Part shown: in pieces, positions 58,868 to 64,000 of the stretch
Layout: every line of letters begins with the position of its first letter
How positions within the stretch are numbered: position 1 is the first letter of the stretch
Origin: Lepidodermella squamata
Taxonomy: Eukaryota > Animalia > Gastrotricha
Length of the DNA stretch: 64,000 nt
Assembly (NCBI GenBank): GCA_047495785.1
Contig: JBLDXI010000002.1
Span: 1,116,001-1,180,000, forward strand
Direction: 5' to 3'
The notes under the pieces: generated by a model
Database searches by the model: none
Told to the model about the DNA's origin: nothing
Seen by the model: the letters and a program-made list of their open reading frames with translations, nothing else
Position numbers and translations under genes: made by a program

Positions 58868-60935
58868 CTATACAAGGCTTTCGCTTCTAACTATTGTATT
58901 GCTGTTAGGAGCAATGCCGGCCATATCAACGATGATATTTCCGGGTAGCATGGAATCGGGCGCGTAGTGATGTTGACTGGTGCGATTTAGTGTTAGTGTA
59001 TGAGGAGCGCCCATCAGAACCCCGCTCGAGTAATCCAAATGATCGATGACAGTTCGCACTAAGCCGCCGGAATTAGACGCGCCGATGAGCGCCATGCCAT
59101 CGGGTGGCATCTGGAACGGCCCAGCTGCGGCTTGTTGAGTCGAAAAAATGCAATTGTGAGACGACGAGGGTATTGAGGTAGAGCCAGAATTAGGCGGAGA
59201 CGCAGAGCCGCTGCTGCTGCTGGCGGATGATAACAGATCGGCGCCCAATTTTTCAACATCGCTGGAACGGCCGTTGTTGCCGTTGTCATACGCGTTGCAA
59301 GGCGTCGATGTTGTGAACGGGTGAATCGATTGCTTGCCAGAATCTGGCGCGCCAACGACTTGAAACCGCTTCGGAGTTGTAGAAACAACAATTGCACGCT
59401 GCCGGCGGCTGCGAGGAGAATCTTTCCGCCTCCTGGAAAAAATATTGAAAAAATAAAATTTTAATATTTTTTATATAAATATTTTTTTATTTTCAATAAA
59501 ATTGAATTATTTGATTTAATTAAAAAAATCAAAAATTAAAATTTTATATTAATTTTTGGATGAATAAATTTATTTGATTTAATTTAAAAATTTAAGGATT
59601 TATACCTGTAGCACATGATAGCCAGGGCGATGGAGAGGGTTAGCATTAAGGCAATAACCGCCGCAACCGATGCGATGATGACTTCAGCCGGCGGCATGCT
59701 GGACGGCGTAGCCGCGGAAGACCCAACCTGGCTGCTCGCCTCGAAAGTCGGCACGAAAATCAACGAGTTACTGCTGTTGAACAAAAACAGCGGCATTCGA
59801 GTTGAAATAACTTCGGCCAGTCGCGTTGAAGGTTTCGTCGTCGTAGTCGACGTTGACGTAGTTGTGGTCGTTGATGTAGTTGTGGTTGTAGTCGAAGTAG
59901 TCGTGCAAACAAAATCAGACGGGCTCAACTTGGAAATGGCGACGCCGTTGAACTGCTGCGGCCACGCGCAACTCGGCGCTTGCTGATCGTCCCGCCGCGT
60001 GACCAACTCGGCACTCATCGAGGTCGAAAAAACGCTGGTCCAGTAAGCCCGGAGCGGCGCGAGTTGGCAGTCGCAGATGAAAGGATTGTGATCCAGCGAG
60101 ATTTTTTCCAACTTTCGAGCCGAGATGAACGAAACTGGGTTGACATGAGTCAGCAAATTGTGCGACAAATTTAAAATTGTCAACTCAGGAACGGTGATCA
60201 AAGCATCGGGTGACACGAAGCGAATCGCGTTGAAACTGACGTCGACATACTGCAGCGACGGCGATGTTAGAAAACCGGCCGGTAGCTCTTGAAGCAAATT
60301 CGACGCGACGTGAAGTTCTTTCAAATACGCCAATTTCGCGAAAGACGAGCCTGGTAAATTTCTCAGGCTGTTTTGATCGAGACGCAGCGTTCGCAAGAAC
60401 GGGCAGTGCTCGAAAATGCCGGTCGGCAGAGACGTGATTAAATTGTCAGTCAACGACACGACTTGTAAATTCGGGGTATTCGCGAAAAAGCCGTTTGGCA
60501 GCTCGATCAACTTGTTGCTGGGTAGTTGTAGCACTTCAAGGTTTCGCAAGGCCATCAACGCGTTGACTTGAACAGCTTTAAGATCGCTGTGTTGAATAGT
60601 CAACGACGTCAAATTTCGAAGAGTAACAAAAGAGCGGTCGAATAAAATCGGAATCGAAGCTCGGTTTAACGTTAACGATTTCGTCCACGGTGGAAGCCTA
60701 AAAAAATTACAGAAAATAAAATAAAATACGGAAATTTGGCGAAATTTTACCTGTAAAAATCTCCGATGGAAAAATCTACATTTCTGCAGATTACGTCGAG
60801 ATTAACTTCATCACATCGACATCCGGCTGGGCAGTTAACGCCGCCATCAACCAGGGAATCGAGGCTGTTTGGTGATTGAGAATTCGATATCGCAAGCCAC
60901 ATTGCAATATTGAAGAGACAAAGTAAAGTCTTCAT
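58868..60935 (-). CDS. Type I membrane leucine-rich-repeat protein (LRRNT-LRRs-LRRCT-Thr stalk-TM-tail), 3 exons
   Basis: Signal peptide, CPAGCRC, about 8 LxxLxLxxN repeats, NPFICDC..C..P, a poly-Thr stalk and TM VIIASVAAVIALMLTLSIALAIMC. The cytoplasmic tail ends ESLV*. Confidence 0.92.
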
Positions 60936-63900
60936 TGTTGCTTCGGGTCACGAAGCTGTAAATTGCGGTATAATCAATATATTGAGTAAAAGTCTGTACC
61001 TATATCGTTGAAAGAAAAAACGTTGAATTATAAGCGATTAGGAATAAGAATTAGGATAGGCACCTGTGTGTTTAATCGAGTGCGTAAATTGCTCGCACAA
61101 CAATCGCGCGCCACCTTAATAATTTTATTTGTATTATTGCCTTATATTTCCCACTTGAGAGCGAATAGACAATAAAAATAGCACTGAAGATTTATTGCGC
61201 GCGGGGCTCTTGTTGTAAAAACAACATCATAATATATTGGCTACTTAATTGTTGCGGATGGATAGGCGTGTAAAATATTTCCGTGAATTTGTGCGCAATA
61301 TATATCGCGCGGCTGTTGTAAAATAGATGAAAGAAAAAGTGGGGGCCTCATAAGCGGGATAATTCTACATATTTTTTTATGCGCAAGCCATGCCGGACAC
61401 TGGTCGATTATTTAATGGCGCCTGAGAGCCTAACCATTAATGATAGATGGGCGCAGCGAAAATTGTATATAGGTACCTTAATAGCCGGTGTGATTTGCGA
61501 TGTATTTTTTGTATTATTTGCGCGATCGCGATTCGCGCCTATCTATGACGAATATGTTATTATTGCATTAAAATGCTACTTACAAGTTGTAGGCAACAGA
61601 TTCATCAATAGTATACGCCCTAAGAATAATAAAAACAGCGCGATGATAAAAATCTCACCGGGCGCCTCTGATTGATGGTCTACTTTGATAAACAAGTACA
61701 TAACAAACGTGTGTTGGGGGGCGTCAAGAAAAAAATGATGTAAAAAAATTATAAAGGTGAGGTTGATGAAGTTATATCTAAGCGCAGCGGAGTGTGAAAA
61801 ATTTTGTTAGATAATAATAAATTTTAGCTTTTTTATTCTACCCAGCACGAGAATGGCTTCGACCCCACGACGGAGCCGCGGCGATGTTAATTAAGGTAAA
61901 CATTAAACAAAGAAATAAGAGAGTATCGCTTTCCAAGTGTCGAAACACGCGCGTGAAACTTTTCGGGTTAATCATTTATTTATAATTGTTATTGTTGCGG
62001 TGTGGATAGTGGTAATAATGACGATGATACCTAGGTGTACGGGGCGCGAGAGAGGCAACGTACGAATTTAATTGTAATAAAATGTTGACACAAAGCCATC
62101 ATTATCATGTTCGGCGAGCGCGCGTCTCGTGCGCGCTATTTGTGTTGTTCCTGTTTGTTGTTGTCCTAAACACAGCATCACACTTCATCATCATCGTCTT
62201 GTTCGCCGACGACGTATCTGCAGAGCTCGGCCCTAAACTGTATGTATATTTATAATCAAAAGTTTTGACGGCCTGACTCCTGTCGCGCGCGTGCGCGTGT
62301 GCGCTCATCTTTTGCGCGCGCGCTTCGCGCACTTTTTGAATAATAAATACGCGCGCTTAATTATTCGCGTAAAAATTTGTATACTGCAACATATCTTGCG
62401 TTCGACGCGTGTTGACACTGGGCGTTTTGACGGACAGCCCCAACGAAAGAAAGTTGATAAATAATAACAATAATTATTAATGTTAGCAAAACAATAAGCT
62501 ACTACCGAAAAATTGCGCGCATGTATCTATCTGATAAATTTAACCGCGCAAAACTGCCGTAATAAACAAGGTTGAGGATTGGTCAATTTTTGCCGAAGCT
62601 ACAACGCTGCGAACAATAGCTGCCTGGAGCGCTGGCGATGAACAAGAAGAAGGCGCGGATCAATGGCTACATAACAATAAAAACAACACGACAATTTGGA
62701 TACAAAAAGAGAAGATGAGGAAGGCACACAACACAATACACGTGGCATTGATTAAGTTGCCGGCAACTATGAAAAAGGTGCAGTAAACAAACAAATAGCA
62801 CACACGAGAAACACGATGAAACACACGTCAAGAGTCAGAAAAACGTTAATAAGTAGGTTGTTGTACGATATATACCTACCTATTCGTTTCCTACAACTAA
62901 CACGGGTTAGCAATTTATTATATCGCCCAGTTATTATATAATAGCAATTTTTATAGCCCCCGCGCCCGGCATTAATGCGGAAGAATCAGGAAATAAAGAA
63001 CGAGCCCGGCACGCAACTGACATTTTTACAATCAGGCGTTATGTTAATGATATATTAATTTTCCGAGGAAATATCGCGGTAAATAGCAACATATTGCAAC
63101 TTTCGCAGCATATGTTTCGGCGATTTTTATCGCCGATGAAGTTTGAATTTAAATTGACTAGATAACAAGATAATCGAGGGCGGGGGTTATATTGTGTAGA
63201 GAAGGCTTATTGCGCGCGGCATTTCAATAAAGGTATGTTATTTAAATAATGATGACAAGTGGCAATTGAAAACAGAGAGGTTGGGGTGGATTCTTTTGAG
63301 CGGCTTGCGCAACCATCTGCCGCGCCGCGATTGAAGTCGCACCGCCGGCGTGTGAACGCGCGCTCTTCCTGCTTTCGCGATAGACACTCGTGTGGCCGGA
63401 GTAACAAAACAAAGTTTCGGGAGATACCGATTTCGCTGTATCTATCCGTCCAGGGTGCGAGAGCAGCTTTGAACGCGCCGCTAAATCAGGACGCGCCATC
63501 GCTTGTCAATCAACACCGGCGCGCGCTTCATATTTTGAAAGCAGAGGCGCTAAAATAGTTAGTGGCCATCAAAACAAAATGAATAAACAAAAAACAACAA
63601 TAAAACGTGATCGCATGAAATGAAAAATCCTCCTTAATTTTGTAACATGTGTTGGCATAAGTATTATTCAGGCAACTACGTGTAATTCAGGTGGATTACG
63701 CGTTTGGAATAAATAATGAAGGGGCGAGAGGCCTAAAATCATCTTTTCCGCCCGTCTGCGGTTTTGTAATAATGCGAAAATTTTGCAACAAAAATTAATA
63801 TGCGCGCGAGTTACGACGCCGCGTTTAGGGATAGGTAATCCACGCATCATTTCCGGCGTGTATCATTGACAACGAAGTAAATAATTTTCATCTCGATGAA

Positions 63901-64000
63901 CACACCCGTCGCATTGTCATAGAGACATTTCGAACTCGATGGATAGATAAATAAATAAAGCAGCGTCTGGGGCGCAAGAATTCTACAGGGAGGCGGATAC

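Noticed and set aside
61920-61932. 12-nt match AGAGTATCGCTT to the U2 start region
   Set aside because: Too short and does not extend into U2; compatible with chance.
61000-64000. Short ORFs upstream of the LRR gene
   Set aside because: No homology cues. The AT-rich sequence with CGCG patches fits 5'UTR introns or regulatory DNA.

Overview
Compact, intron-rich invertebrate (metazoan) genomic DNA with many ~50-nt GT-AG introns and an interstitial (TTAGGG)5 tract. Protein-coding genes in order: astacin-EGF-LDLa protease (5' part outside the window), CAP/SCP protein, a >2,000-aa acidic repeat protein, CEP135, SWT1-like PIN nuclease, HP1, LSM1, ADCY9-type adenylyl cyclase, a 15-exon bacterial-type PQQ glucose-dehydrogenase-like protein, a ZDHHC2/15/20-type palmitoyltransferase with a DHYC motif, KCMF1, AKAP14-like, a small tail-anchored protein, an extended calmodulin-like protein and an LRR receptor. 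The main finding is at 36.8-42.5 kb. A complete U2 snRNA gene lies in the last intron of the PQQ-like gene and is split at its branch-point-recognition sequence by a young, 5'-truncated Jockey/I-like LINE with an A8 tail and a 10-bp TSD (TGTAGTATCT). About 2 kb downstream, a second, promoterless U2 5' fragment ends in the same target region and is fused to a decayed ORF1-like sequence. Together these suggest a U2-targeting retrotransposon lineage distinct from Keno (Tx1) and Utopia (RLE). Other notable items are the probably horizontally acquired, catalytically degenerate, GPI-type PQQ propeller; coordinated loss of one Zn site in the zDHHC; operon-like gene spacing; a novel peptide repeat; and a Mutator-type MITE. 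All homology calls come from manual translation and remembered motifs; no database search was run.
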